NCBI GenBank assembly: GCA_052168235.1
Contig: JBQLZK010000031.1
Location: 14,853 to 78,852, forward strand
Direction of reading: 5' to 3'
Length of the DNA stretch: 64,000 nt
Origin: Thainema sp.
GTDB lineage: Bacteria > Cyanobacteriota > Cyanobacteriia > Phormidesmidales > Phormidesmidaceae
The notes below the pieces were generated by a model, which worked only from the letters and a program-made list of their open reading frames with translations, did no database searches and was not told the origin of the DNA. Of this stretch, positions 20,836 through 31,196 are shown piece by piece (position 1 is the stretch's first letter; every line of letters begins with the position of its first letter). Made by a program: the position numbers and the translations under genes.

Positions 20836-20995
20836 ATCGCACCTCTCGCATAAAGTACATTTGTTTATCAGCAACGTACTTCGTAAAATCTGCGATCGCA
20901 TTTAACCCCATAGCGCGATCGTACCTCTCGCATAGGCCACATTTGTTTATCAGCAACGTACTTCGTAAAATCTGCGACGCATTTCTCCCATAGCG
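20836..20995. repeat. Tandem duplication, 82-bp period, two copies
   Basis: Units start at 20836 and 20918 and share ACATTTGTTTATCAGCAACGTACTTCGTAAAATCTGCGA exactly. Confidence 0.92.
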
Positions 20996-21010
20996 GGAGC
21001 TCAGATCTGG

Positions 21011-21116
21011 TAGCGGTGGTTAAGCCTTGCCTTGCAGCATCCTACAGGAGAGATGAGGTTGCGCCTTTTTCAAAACCCAGGGTTATCGCTCATATAGTTC
21101 CCATTTACCACAGCTA
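21011..21116. mobile_element. MITE-like element, family B
   Basis: TIR TAGCGGTGGTTAA / TTTACCACAGCTA; left end matches the reverse complement of the 58185-58294 right end. Confidence 0.55.
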
Positions 21117-21242
21117 TAGCTTGACGAAGTAGTATGTGGTCAGACTATCTGGAAACTCAAAATAAGCAGCATTACAATTATTTTATACTTCAAAATGTCA
21201 AAACCTTAGAATCGAATCAATTAAACAGATACAGCGAATATA

Positions 21243-21272
21243 TTGACAGTTCTTGGTAAGAACGATTATTAT
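21243..21272 (+). promoter_or_regulatory. Sigma70-type promoter with operator-like palindrome in the spacer
   Basis: TTGACA-18 nt-TATTAT; spacer contains GTTCTT-GGT-AAGAAC. Confidence 0.65.
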
Positions 21273-21315
21273 GACGACACGTGGATCGTAAACTTACTGC
21301 TTTTAGCATTTATAT

Positions 21316-21780
21316 ATGGCAATGGATGATTTACTAAGTCGAGCGGATAGAGAGGCTTTAGATAAGAAAGGACGGCTCGTTGATCTGATCAAGTATCTGA
21401 GAGAAGACAAAGAACTATCGTTCGACGAAATCGCCGTACTTTTGGGTCGAACAAACGTCCAGATGTGGTTTCGCCGCAGGAGTAAAACGCTGCCTAACAT
21501 GGAGAGTTTGGAGCGGATTGGCATCGTTGCAGGCAAGCATCATACGGGTAAACCTTGGACGCTAGAAGAAATGCGCCACTATCTAGAGACGGGAGAATTC
21601 CCCAAGGCCGAATCCGAGGGAATACAAGGCATTATTGAACAACTTCCTGGACTCAGTGAACCTGATACATTACGTGTGATCGAAATGGCTCTTAGAAATT
21701 TGGCAACAACGACCGGAATTAGCAAAGCCATCAACCTCTGCTCATCTGCTCTTGTTAAACAAACTTCGCAGGAGAAGTAA
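21316..21780 (+). CDS. Putative XRE/Cro-like helix-turn-helix protein
   Basis: LIKYLREDKELSFDEIAVLLG...VQMW...PNMESLERI follows the XRE HTH pattern. Confidence 0.7.
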   Translation: MAMDDLLSRADREALDKKGRLVDLIKYLREDKELSFDEIAVLLGRTNVQMWFRRRSKTLPNMESLERIGIVAGKHHTGKPWTLEEMRHYLETGEFPKAESEGIQGIIEQLPGLSEPDTLRVIEMALRNLATTTGISKAINLCSSALVKQTSQEK

Positions 21781-21873
21781 GCTCGTCTAGGTCAACTGTC
21801 TTGTACAGGATGAGCAGCGAAACTCCTAACTCTACCAAACCTATGCCCACAAACCTAATGCGGAGAAACTGAA

Positions 21874-22053
21874 ATGAATTACTCAAAGGAGTTGGTGCTA
21901 GTAGCTGTGCTACTTTTTGGTTTTCTGTCATACGGCATCTACTCTAAATACGACGGGGGAATCAAATTAAAGCTAGAAGGAGGAAATATCGAGATCGACG
22001 TTAATGGCAAACCTGCTCAACTGAACCCTCTACCCGAACAAAAGATGGAGTAA
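21874..22053 (+). CDS. Small single-TM protein (59 aa), absent from the ORF track
   Basis: GGAGA RBS; MNYSKELVLVAVLLFGFLSYGIYSKYDGGIKLKLEGGNIEIDVNGKPAQLNPLPEQKME*. Confidence 0.65.
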   Translation: MNYSKELVLVAVLLFGFLSYGIYSKYDGGIKLKLEGGNIEIDVNGKPAQLNPLPEQKME

Positions 22054-22154
22054 ATTTAGCATTTTTGTAAAAATAATCGCCGTTATTTTTTCTGCGTGCT
22101 GTTTAGCTGATGAAAAATTACTCCGTTGCCAGATAGCAATGCACCCTGCAAGAG

Positions 22155-22418
22155 CTAAAGTTCTCGTGCTGTTTCCGGTACTTCAACCGTTGATAAACCT
22201 GCCAAACGCTTCAAATTCTGGCAGCGCAGGAGTTCAGCAAAGCTGAGCGGACGCCGTTCTAGACTGGCAACGGCTTCAATGCCCATTAATAGCGCTTGAG
22301 CTGCCGTTGGTTCCACATAGCCGCGTCGGAGAGCCACGCGAATTCCCGCTTCATCGGCTTCAATTTCAGCTTTGGGACTGCGGGTGCTGCGCCAAATTTG
22401 GGTAGATGCGATCGCACT
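22155..22418 (-). pseudogene. C-terminal remnant of a DUF3318-like cyanobacterial protein
   Basis: Frame reads SAIASTQIWRSTRSPKAEIEADEAGIRVALRRGY...LSFAELLRCQNLKRLAGLS; no N-terminus; similarity begins at HIP1 22408-22415. Confidence 0.65.
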
Positions 22419-22646
22419 ACATAAAGTTGATGCGCAGTAGCGATCCTTGACTGCTGAAAAATTAATAAGATATTCAAATAGTGCGTTTGCCGATTAGACC
22501 AGCTATTTTTAGTGAAAGGTCAACGGTTATAGTATGGCCTTTAGGGTGTCACAGCAAACCGCGATCGCAATCTATCGCAGTTTGCCGATTACCAAAACCA
22601 CGCTTCTTTCTCATCGCCTCATTTCAGCACCCTGGGGGTACGGTCT

Positions 22647-23921
22647 GTGTTGCAACGGTTATCACGGTCTTGGTTCGCCTATCTTTTCGCTGGGATTAGT
22701 TTAGTCGTCGGCTATCATGCGATCGCACATGCGCTCAATGCTGGCTTAGTTCAGCAACCGAACTGGTCTGTCCCGATGCAAGCGAGTGCCTTAGTCACAA
22801 CTCCTGATCATCTGCTGATTCCGCACCAAGATAGGAACGGTGATCCGCTCAGTTTACAGGCTCTCGATCCGGCTACGGGAGAACTTCAGTGGCAAAGCGA
22901 TCAGGCTGTGGGGCAGATTTTTGCCCTTGCAGGCGACACGATTTATGCCAATGATTATGGCCCAATGCCGCTCGTAGATGCGCCCAAACATGTCGTCACG
23001 CTTGACGCCAAGACCGGACAAACCAATGCCATCTGGCCAATTGACAATCCCGATTTTGAAGGCATTATCGGGGCTTATCAAGGAGCATTCATCCTGAACA
23101 CGCGGATTCGGCAGGGCACTGAAACCGATCGCTACGAAATTTCAGCCCAAACCGCAGACACCGTCCGCTGGACGTTCACCACTCCGCCCGATAGCTTAGT
23201 CACGACCTTCTCCAGCCGTGATTCGATTTCGCCCTTTGTCCAAGACGGCATCGTAATTTTGCCCATCTTAGTGAATCCGCAAACCGATCAGCGGGGCTAC
23301 CAGATTGTGGGCTTGGATGCCGCCACCGGAGCCGTTCTGTGGACATGGCAAACCTCCAGCGAAATCGAGCATATTGCCGTGCTGGGTGACGCGGTATATC
23401 CGTCGGTGTATGGAGCCGATCAAGCTAACCCCGGTTGGGTCAAAGCGCTGGATTTGAAAACTGGAGCTGAGCGCTGGACATATCCGATGCTGGGCGGTCA
23501 CGCCAGAGCCGTCAGCGATCAAGAGGTGCTGATTTGGAGCCTCTGGTTTGATGCTGATCAGCCCAATCGGTTGCTGCTGCTCGATCGGCAAACGGGCACC
23601 TTAAAACGACAGCTCGTGCTGTCTCGGGAATATGATACAGAAGCCACTACCGTGCTCTTCGCCAATGACGTGATCTATGCCGACGATATGAGTTTTGGCC
23701 ACACTATACCCGTACCGGGCTTTTATGGAACCGCCGAAAACAATAGCTGGATTGGCGCTTTTGATGCCACTAATGGCCATCTACTCTGGCGCACGCCCAC
23801 CCTCAGCCAGAGCCACATTTATCAGTTTGTACTGACCAATGATCACCTATTGGTAAAAAGCAATGGTCTGCAACCTGACGTAAAAAGTGTCGTGCAGCAG
23901 TACAGCCTCCACCAGCGATAG
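22647..23921 (+). CDS. PQQ-like beta-propeller repeat protein (BamB-like), exported
   Basis: Repeated ALDxxTGxxxW motifs; N-terminal signal/TM. Confidence 0.85.
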   Translation: MLQRLSRSWFAYLFAGISLVVGYHAIAHALNAGLVQQPNWSVPMQASALVTTPDHLLIPHQDRNGDPLSLQALDPATGELQWQSDQAVGQIFALAGDTIYANDYGPMPLVDAPKHVVTLDAKTGQTNAIWPIDNPDFEGIIGAYQGAFILNTRIRQGTETDRYEISAQTADTVRWTFTTPPDSLVTTFSSRDSISPFVQDGIVILPILVNPQTDQRGYQIVGLDAATGAVLWTWQTSSEIEHIAVLGDAVYPSVYGADQANPGWVKALDLKTGAERWTYPMLGGHARAVSDQEVLIWSLWFDADQPNRLLLLDRQTGTLKRQLVLSREYDTEATTVLFANDVIYADDMSFGHTIPVPGFYGTAENNSWIGAFDATNGHLLWRTPTLSQSHIYQFVLTNDHLLVKSNGLQPDVKSVVQQYSLHQR

Positions 23922-24079
23922 GAAAAACCTGTATTGTTGCATGATGTCTACCCTACTTTTAAGTATTAAGCCTGCTGTCGTAAGCTCCAGATGTTGATAG
24001 TGAGAAATGCGATCGCACTTCCGATACTGGTAGCCATCACCCAGGAGCGCAGATGAGGCAACCACTGTTTTTCAATACC

Positions 24080-24310
24080 TTAATTTTGCACCGCGCCACC
24101 GATTGCCCCGCTCAACAGCCGAAACGCCGCTAATACGAATGCAATGGCAATACTGCCGCTCATTGCGCTACCAAGTCCCGTAATCCGTAGAAACCAGCCA
24201 GCCATACCATCGAACCAAATTTGTAGCAGCCCCGCCACAATACAGCCAAGAGCCACTGCCAGGCCAGCTTTTTCCAATCCCACGATACGGTTGCGGTCAT
24301 GAGGGTACAT
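24080..24310 (-). CDS. Small hydrophobic hypothetical protein
   Basis: 76 aa with two hydrophobic segments; AAAGG upstream of ATG; immediately after the tRNA. Confidence 0.45.
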   Translation of the reverse strand: MYPHDRNRIVGLEKAGLAVALGCIVAGLLQIWFDGMAGWFLRITGLGSAMSGSIAIAFVLAAFRLLSGAIGGAVQN

Positions 24311-24341
24311 CCTTTACGTGTGATGCACCACGACATTAAAA

Positions 24342-24426
<85 letters not shown>

Positions 24427-24442
24427 AAAGGGTTGCGGCTAC

Positions 24443-25159
24443 TTAGTATAGTCCATAAAGGGGAACTCTGCACAGCCTATGATGAATGACTATTACAAAA
24501 AAGCGATAGTCGAGGTCGCTGAGCCGCTGGTGATGCGACCAGGTCAGGGCCGATTGCAGCGGCTGGCCGCGCAGGAACTGAGAACTGTCGGTATAGTTGG
24601 ACGCAACCCAGGCATTGAGCGCCAGAGCATAGGGACGAATGCTATTGAGCTGTTCGCGAATCCAAACCTGGTCAAACACCCGTTGATAAATTAGGTTCTT
24701 GACCCGCAGGTATCCCGCCCGCTTTTCTAGGAGTCCTAACAGCAGCAGTTCAGTCTGAACGGGCGAGTCGCAACTGGCAACCGGATCACCAATGCCGATT
24801 TCAAACTGGAGCACTTCCTGGGAGAGGCCCAGCAGTTGACTGATGCGCTGGGGCTAAAACCAAATGCGATCGCGGATTGTTTTCAGATGTTCCGGCTCGT
24901 CATGGACTTCCCAATCGGTCAGGATGCCCGTCTCCACCAGCTGATCCACCCAGGCAGCTGGCTGATCTGGCCACACGGGCGAGGATGAGTTGGTTGCGAT
25001 CGCAGTGCTCTGGCTGCGCCACCACTGGCCAATATTGATAGAAAGCTGAAATCCCTTGGTCAAGTAACCTGCGATCGCAGCATACCACTGCTCAACCGTG
25101 ACCTGCTGGCTGCCAATGCCCGTTAGCTCAGAAGCCCAAGTTTTATTTTGAATAGACAC
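24443..25159 (-). pseudogene. Degraded AAA-like (AAA_35-type) domain gene
   Basis: The two ORFs are in one frame split by TAG at 24854; motifs EQWY...QWW, DEPEHLKTIRDR, NLIYQRVFD, LRGQPLQSALTWS...LSDLDYRF; NTPase core and C-terminal domain missing. Confidence 0.8.
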
Positions 25160-25806
25160 AATCTATCTTTAGTTAGTCATCAAGGACGGCATAATGTGAT
25201 ATTCCGTTATCCACCAGTTAATTTCTAAATAACTTTGGAATAAATCATGGCAAGTCAATTCATAGATACTTCTTATAACTTTCTTATTCTTGTTTTTATA
25301 GCCTAAAAGCGTGGATCGAAAAATATGAATTGAAGATCAAGTTAATATGCGTAGATCTAACGAATCTTAAATTCATTGAAAATTTATAAACTATTCCTGG
25401 ATTGTCAAGAATCGCTTAAGCTTTCGAAAGCTGCGTGATTTTGGATCTAGCGACGTGAACTCAAGATCATGGGTTGTTCTGATCAATTGCTGCTTAGTTT
25501 ATAGCAGCCAAGGTCTTATCAGTTCATCATTCACTCAATTTCTTGTATTTCAAACAAAATTTAGAAAATCCTGCCCAAGCTTTGCATGATAGTTTGAGCA
25601 AAAGCGTTTGACAAGATTGTTATGTTCTGTTTAACTTCCTGGATAAATATCCCTATTAATCAACATTAAGCAATTTCTCCTAACTAGATATATCTGCTCC
25701 TAATAGGTCTTCACTGGATATGAAATGAAGCCGTACATGAACCAAAACGGAGTTCAGCAACGATTCAAGTAATTAACAAAAATACATATACATATACATA
25801 TTCACT

Positions 25807-28800
25807 GTGGTTTTTATGACCAATTTGTTGGAAACAGGTTATAGCTTACAGCTCGTAATGCTTTCGGTAGCGATCGCAGTTTTGGCGTCCTACGCCACGT
25901 TGGATTTAGCTGGACGCGTGACGGCAACGCAGGGGCGCGCTCAACTAGGCTGGTTAGTCAGCGGTGCGATCGCAATGGGATCGGGCATCTGGTCGATGCA
26001 TTTTGTCGGCATGTTGGCATTTCGCCTACCGCTGGCCGTGCATTACGACTTCCTCACCGTCCTGCTATCGGTTTTGCCCGCTATCTTGGCCTCTGGCTTA
26101 GCCCTGTTTATCGTCAGTCGCTCAACGCTGGGCGGATGGCGCTTAGTTAGCGGCAGCGTCCTTATGGGGATTGGCATTGCGTCGATGCACTATCTGGGCA
26201 TGATGGCGATGCATACCGAAGCGGCCATGCAGTATGACCTGCGGCTGGTGGCAGCCTCGGTTGGGATTGCGATCGCAGTTTCGTTTGTCGGGCTGTTCCT
26301 GGTCTTTCAACTGCGGGAAGAAACCACGCCGCACCAAATTTGGAAAAAGCTGCTGGCTGCGGTTGTCCTAGGCTTGGCGATTCCAACCATGCACTACACA
26401 GGCATGGCGGCAGTGCGGTTCATGCCAACTCACCACATGATGCTGGAATCGGCCTTGCAGCCGCCGGAAAATTCCGCAATGATTGCGATCGCAGTTGTAA
26501 TTGGGACCCTGATTGTCCTGGGGCTGACGCTAATTACCGCGTTTTTTGAGCGTCGGCTATCTGCCCAAATTGTTTATGCCGATTTGCTACAGCGCAGCCA
26601 AACCTATCTGAAGGGAATTTTGCAGGGTATTCAGGTGGGCGTGCTGGTCATTGGTGAAAATAATCAAGTGGGTCTGTCGAATCAGGCGCTTTTGAACTTG
26701 CTGAATCTCTCCACGGAAGATGAACTGCATCTGCTCTGGCATGAGGTGACGGTAGCCAATCCAAACTCTGATCAGCCAAAAACGGATCAAGACCAGTCTC
26801 ATTCAGCTCCATCGACAGATTTACCGGAGGAAACAGCAAACCAGCCGCTGTTACAGGCGCTGCGGCCTATTTTGACTCAAGTTGCGGCCAAGCAAGCAAT
26901 CCAGAATCAGGTGGTTCAGGGCAGGGTTCAAGTCAAGCCGAATTTGCAAACTTCGATCTCGCTGCTGGTGAATGTGGTACCGCTCAGCCTACCAGGTTCG
27001 TCAGCCACGCAGATGATCTGCACTTTTAGTGAGATTACGACGCTCAAGCAGGCTGAAAATCGGCTGCGAGAGTCGCGCACTCGCCTGAGACAGCAGGCTG
27101 AGGAGCTACAGCAGGCCAAGGAAGCAGCCGACCGAGCCAACGTGGAACTGAGCCGCGCCAATGCCCAACTGATGCAGGCCGCTCAGCAAGAACGCACCAC
27201 AGCGCTAGTCATTCAGCGGATGCGGCAAAGCTTGAATTTGGATACCATCTTCCGCGCCACGACCCAAGAGTTGCGACAGGCCATCCAGTGCGATCGCGTC
27301 ATCGTCTATCAGTTCAACTCGGACTGGAGCGGCTATGTGGTGGCTGAAGCCGTCAAATCAGGCTGGCGATCGCTGCTGGCCGAAGCAGATGCCGCATCTC
27401 CCTGGCAGGCGAACGTGCTGCAAGAAGACCGCTGCACCGTTCAGTCACTGTCGGTCAATTCCCAGGTCATTAGAGACACCTATCTTCAGCAGAGTCAGGG
27501 CGGCATCTATGCCCAGGGAATGGATTATCTAGCCGTCGATGATATTCACAAGTGCAGCTTCAATCCCTGCTACATTGAGCTGCTGGAAACCTTACAGGCT
27601 CGCGCTTATATCATTGTCCCAATTTATTCCAACCGTCATTTGTGGGGCCTGTTGGCCTGCTATCAAAACGATCAGCCCCGCTGTTGGCAAGCGACGGAAA
27701 ACCAGATGGTGGCGCGGATTGGCGCTCAACTAGGCGTAGCCATTCAGCAAGCTGAACTCTTTCAGCAAACGCAGCAGCAGGCGCGTGAACTACAAGAGGC
27801 CAAAGAAGCTGCAGACAGCGCCAATCGGGCTAAAAGTGAGTTTTTGGCCAGCATGAGTCATGAACTGCGCACTCCCCTCAACGCTATTTTGGGCTTTACC
27901 CAACTCATGCAGGGCGATGTCCAATTACCCAGCCGCCATCAGCGCTATGTGGATATTATCAACAGCAGCGGTGAACATCTGCTGGGCCTGATTAACAATG
28001 TGCTGGAAATGTCCAAGATTGAGGCGGGGCAACTGCGACTCCAACCGGAAGCGTTTGAGTTACCGAATCTCTTGGGAGAACTCCAGGATCTACTGGCACT
28101 GAAAGCACAGCACAAAGGGCTGTCGCTGCACATTGTCCAAGCACCGGATCTGCCGACCTATATCTATGCTGACCAAGGCAAGCTGAGGCAAGTGCTGCTC
28201 AATTTGCTGGGCAACAGCCTCAAATTCACCGACTCTGGCAGCATTCAGCTCCACGTTACGCCCGTTTCAGATAGTACTGATCTATCCACCTATCTACCCA
28301 CTCACTCCACTGCTGCCGCCCGATCTGCGATCGCACTTCAGTTTACCGTCACCGACACTGGCGTTGGCATGGCCCCCGATGAAATTGATGCCCTGTTTCA
28401 GCCATTTCAGCAAACCCAGTCCGGCATCAAGTCCGGCCAGGGAACGGGTTTAGGCGTGCCGCTCAGTCGGCAGTATGTGCGGCTGATGGGAGGAGAATTG
28501 GAGGTTAATAGTACCCTGGGGCAGGGTACCCAGTTTACGTTCGCCATCCCGGTTGAGTCAGTCGAGTCCTTAGAGCCAGCGCTGCCGTCCAGCCCAACCA
28601 GCCAGCGGATTTTGGGTGTAATCAACAACCAGCCGCCTCGCCGCATTTTGGTGGCCGAAGATAATCCGGTCAATCGGCTCTTGATGACCAACCTGCTGGC
28701 TCCGCTCAACATGGAGGTGCGCGAGGCCGTCAATGGGCAGGAAGCCATCGAGATTTGGGAAACCTGGCAGCCCCACTTAATCTGGATGGACATGCGAATG

Positions 28801-29370
28801 CCGGAGCTGGATGGGTACGAAGCGACTCGTCGCATCCGAGCCGCAGAATGCGATCGCAGTTTATCGCCAACCATCATCATTGCCCTGACCGCCACCGCGT
28901 TTGAGGAAAGCAAGCCCGCCATTCTAGCCGCAGGCTGCAACGACGTGCTGTATAAACCCTTCAAGAGCGCTGATCTATTTGACAAGATGGCGCAGTATTT
29001 GAACTTGCAGTATCGCTATCAAATTGAACCTGAATCTGCTCAACTTCCTCCATCTAGGCCAGAGCAGTTTGATCCGGCTCAATTGGCGGCAATGCCACCA
29101 GATTGGCGTGATGCTTTGCAGAAAGCCGCTACCCAGTGTAACGATGTGGAAGCGTTTGCGCTGCTGGAGCAAATTCCGGCGTCGCAATCGGCCTTGGCTC
29201 AAGCACTACATCAGTTGATCAGCGTGTTTCAATTTGACCAGATTTTGGCGCTGCTGGAAAATGCTCATCCTCCCTGTGCGGAAACCATCGACACCATCCC
29301 CGCTTCACATTCATCGCCCAAGTCGCCACTCAAGTCATCGCTAAAAATAGAGGCTGGTCATGAAAGATGA
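25807..29370 (+). CDS. Hybrid histidine kinase: MHYT - PAS-like - cyanobacteriochrome GAF - HisKA/HATPase - REC
   Basis: Three MHYT repeats (SMHFVGM, SMHYLGM, TMHYTGM); GAF with DTYLQ and [15 protein letters not shown] with WMDMRMP. Confidence 0.93.
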   Translation: MVFMTNLLETGYSLQLVMLSVAIAVLASYATLDLAGRVTATQGRAQLGWLVSGAIAMGSGIWSMHFVGMLAFRLPLAVHYDFLTVLLSVLPAILASGLALFIVSRSTLGGWRLVSGSVLMGIGIASMHYLGMMAMHTEAAMQYDLRLVAASVGIAIAVSFVGLFLVFQLREETTPHQIWKKLLAAVVLGLAIPTMHYTGMAAVRFMPTHHMMLESALQPPENSAMIAIAVVIGTLIVLGLTLITAFFERRLSAQIVYADLLQRSQTYLKGILQGIQVGVLVIGENNQVGLSNQALLNLLNLSTEDELHLLWHEVTVANPNSDQPKTDQDQSHSAPSTDLPEETANQPLLQALRPILTQVAAKQAIQNQVVQGRVQVKPNLQTSISLLVNVVPLSLPGSSATQMICTFSEITTLKQAENRLRESRTRLRQQAEELQQAKEAADRANVELSRANAQLMQAAQQERTTALVIQRMRQSLNLDTIFRATTQELRQAIQCDRVIVYQFNSDWSGYVVAEAVKSGWRSLLAEADAASPWQANVLQEDRCTVQSLSVNSQVIRDTYLQQSQGGIYAQGMDYLAVDDIHKCSFNPCYIELLETLQARAYIIVPIYSNRHLWGLLACYQNDQPRCWQATENQMVARIGAQLGVAIQQAELFQQTQQQARELQEAKEAADSANRAKSEFLASMSHELRTPLNAILGFTQLMQGDVQLPSRHQRYVDIINSSGEHLLGLINNVLEMSKIEAGQLRLQPEAFELPNLLGELQDLLALKAQHKGLSLHIVQAPDLPTYIYADQGKLRQVLLNLLGNSLKFTDSGSIQLHVTPVSDSTDLSTYLPTHSTAAARSAIALQFTVTDTGVGMAPDEIDALFQPFQQTQSGIKSGQGTGLGVPLSRQYVRLMGGELEVNSTLGQGTQFTFAIPVESVESLEPALPSSPTSQRILGVINNQPPRRILVAEDNPVNRLLMTNLLAPLNMEVREAVNGQEAIEIWETWQPHLIWMDMRMPELDGYEATRRIRAAECDRSLSPTIIIALTATAFEESKPAILAAGCNDVLYKPFKSADLFDKMAQYLNLQYRYQIEPESAQLPPSRPEQFDPAQLAAMPPDWRDALQKAATQCNDVEAFALLEQIPASQSALAQALHQLISVFQFDQILALLENAHPPCAETIDTIPASHSSPKSPLKSSLKIEAGHER

Positions 29371-31177
29371 ACTGACGGCCTATTTAGCCGCTCCTCATCA
29401 GGCAGACATCTTGATTGTGGATGACACGCTGGAAAATATTGTGCTCTTAGCCCAGATTTTGGGCGGTCAGGGCTATAACGTTCGTAAAGCGATCAGCGGC
29501 ATGATGGCTATACGGACGATTGAGGCGGAACTGCCCGATTTGATTTTGCTCGATATCTGTATGCCCGATCTGGACGGCTATGAACTGTGTCGTCGGCTTA
29601 AAGCCGATCCAGTCACCGCTAGCGTACCCGTGATCTTTTTGAGTGCGCTGAATGAGCCGTTGGATAAAGCTAAAGCTTTTGAGGTTGGCGGGACAGATTA
29701 CATCACTAAGCCATTTCAGGTTGCCGAAGTGCTGATTCGCACCCGCAATCAACTGCTGCTTAAACAGGCGTGGTCGATGATGCAAGTCGTCAATTTGCAG
29801 CTAGAGGAACAGGTGCGTGAGCGAACCTATGAGCTAGAGCAAGTCAATCGGCGGCTGCGGGAGATTGCCTATCATGACCAACTGACGGGTTTACCCAATC
29901 GAGCCTCACTGATGGACTGTCTGACGCGACTGCTACAGTCCGTACAGATTGATCCGGACTATCAGTTTGCGGTGCTGTTTTTTGACTGCGATCGCTTTAA
30001 ATTGATCAACGATTCCTTTGGTCATTTGGTGGGCGATGAGGCGCTGATCCAAGTAGCACGACGGCTCAGCACCTGCGTTAGAGAAGGGGATATGCTGGCT
30101 CGCTTTGGTGGGGACGAGTTTGTGATAGTGCTTAATGCCGTTGCCGATCAGCAAAGCGCCATTGACGCCGCGCAGCAGGTGATTGACGTGATGAAACCCG
30201 GCATTTCTCTGGCGCATGGAGAAGTCTTCGTGGGGGCCAGCGTGGGCATTGTCCTAAGCAGTCCGATTCAGCACCAAAAGCCGGAGCATATCTTGCGCGA
30301 TGCCGACATTGCTATGTACAGCGCCAAAGCCAGCGGCAAAAGCCGCTACAGCGTGTTTAATCCGGTCATGCAGCGAACCAGCCTAGAGCTGTTTCAGGTG
30401 GAAACCGATCTGCACCGTGCGGTTAAAGAAAACGAATTTGTGCCGTTTTACCAACCGATTGTTCAGCTAGAAACGGGTGCGATCGCAGGTTTGGAGGTGC
30501 TGATTCGCTGGCAGCATCCTGAACGAGGTTTGTTGTTGCCCCATGCATTTCTATCCGTCGCTGAGGAAGCGGGACTCATGATTACCATTGGTAAAGCGCT
30601 CCTCCAGGCAGCCTGTTATCAGTTAGCGGATTGGCGACGGCGGCATCTGGTTGCCGATGATTTCTACATCAGCTTTAATTTGTCGGTGGGACAGTTGACG
30701 CAGGTTGACCTACCTCGATGTTTGCAACAGACTCTAAGCAGCTATCAGCTAGCGCCGCAACAGGTGCGGTTAGAAATTACCGAAACGGCTCTGCTCGATA
30801 ATGCTTTGGCAACGGAAGTGATTATGGAACTGGCGCAACAGGGCTTTCACCTGTGTATCGATGACTTTGGCATTGGTTATTCATCCTTCAGCTATTTACA
30901 TCAGTTCCCAGTCAAGACACTCAAAATTGATCGCTCGTTCATCCAAAATATTCAGCTTGGTAATCGCAGTTTCCAACTAGTGACGGCAATTCTCGGTCTT
31001 GTTCAGACGCTGCAAATGACTGCCGTAGCTGAGGGCATTGAAACTCAAGATCAGCTTCATCTAATGGAAGACTTGGACTGTGAACTGGGCCAAGGCTATT
31101 TCTTTTCTAAACCCTGTGCGGCTGACGTTATAACTGAAGCATTGATTAAAAACGCAACGATTAAAAACACGAATTAA
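29360..31177 (+). CDS. REC-GGDEF-EAL diguanylate cyclase/phosphodiesterase
   Basis: [39 protein letters not shown]; 11-bp overlap with upstream kinase. Confidence 0.95.
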   Translation: MKDELTAYLAAPHQADILIVDDTLENIVLLAQILGGQGYNVRKAISGMMAIRTIEAELPDLILLDICMPDLDGYELCRRLKADPVTASVPVIFLSALNEPLDKAKAFEVGGTDYITKPFQVAEVLIRTRNQLLLKQAWSMMQVVNLQLEEQVRERTYELEQVNRRLREIAYHDQLTGLPNRASLMDCLTRLLQSVQIDPDYQFAVLFFDCDRFKLINDSFGHLVGDEALIQVARRLSTCVREGDMLARFGGDEFVIVLNAVADQQSAIDAAQQVIDVMKPGISLAHGEVFVGASVGIVLSSPIQHQKPEHILRDADIAMYSAKASGKSRYSVFNPVMQRTSLELFQVETDLHRAVKENEFVPFYQPIVQLETGAIAGLEVLIRWQHPERGLLLPHAFLSVAEEAGLMITIGKALLQAACYQLADWRRRHLVADDFYISFNLSVGQLTQVDLPRCLQQTLSSYQLAPQQVRLEITETALLDNALATEVIMELAQQGFHLCIDDFGIGYSSFSYLHQFPVKTLKIDRSFIQNIQLGNRSFQLVTAILGLVQTLQMTAVAEGIETQDQLHLMEDLDCELGQGYFFSKPCAADVITEALIKNATIKNTN

Positions 31178-31196
31178 TCACCCCATTAGTAATGTT

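Noticed and set aside
20836..20995. Possible CRISPR array
   Set aside because: Only two units, the intervening sequence is also duplicated (no unique spacers), and there are no cas genes.
22286..22477. 63-aa ORF as a separate gene
   Set aside because: It overlaps, out of frame, the better-supported DUF3318-like remnant.
28407..28985. 192-aa antisense ORF (also 45447-45935, 19234-19704, 34589-35047)
   Set aside because: Shadow frames opposite well-supported genes, with no motifs.
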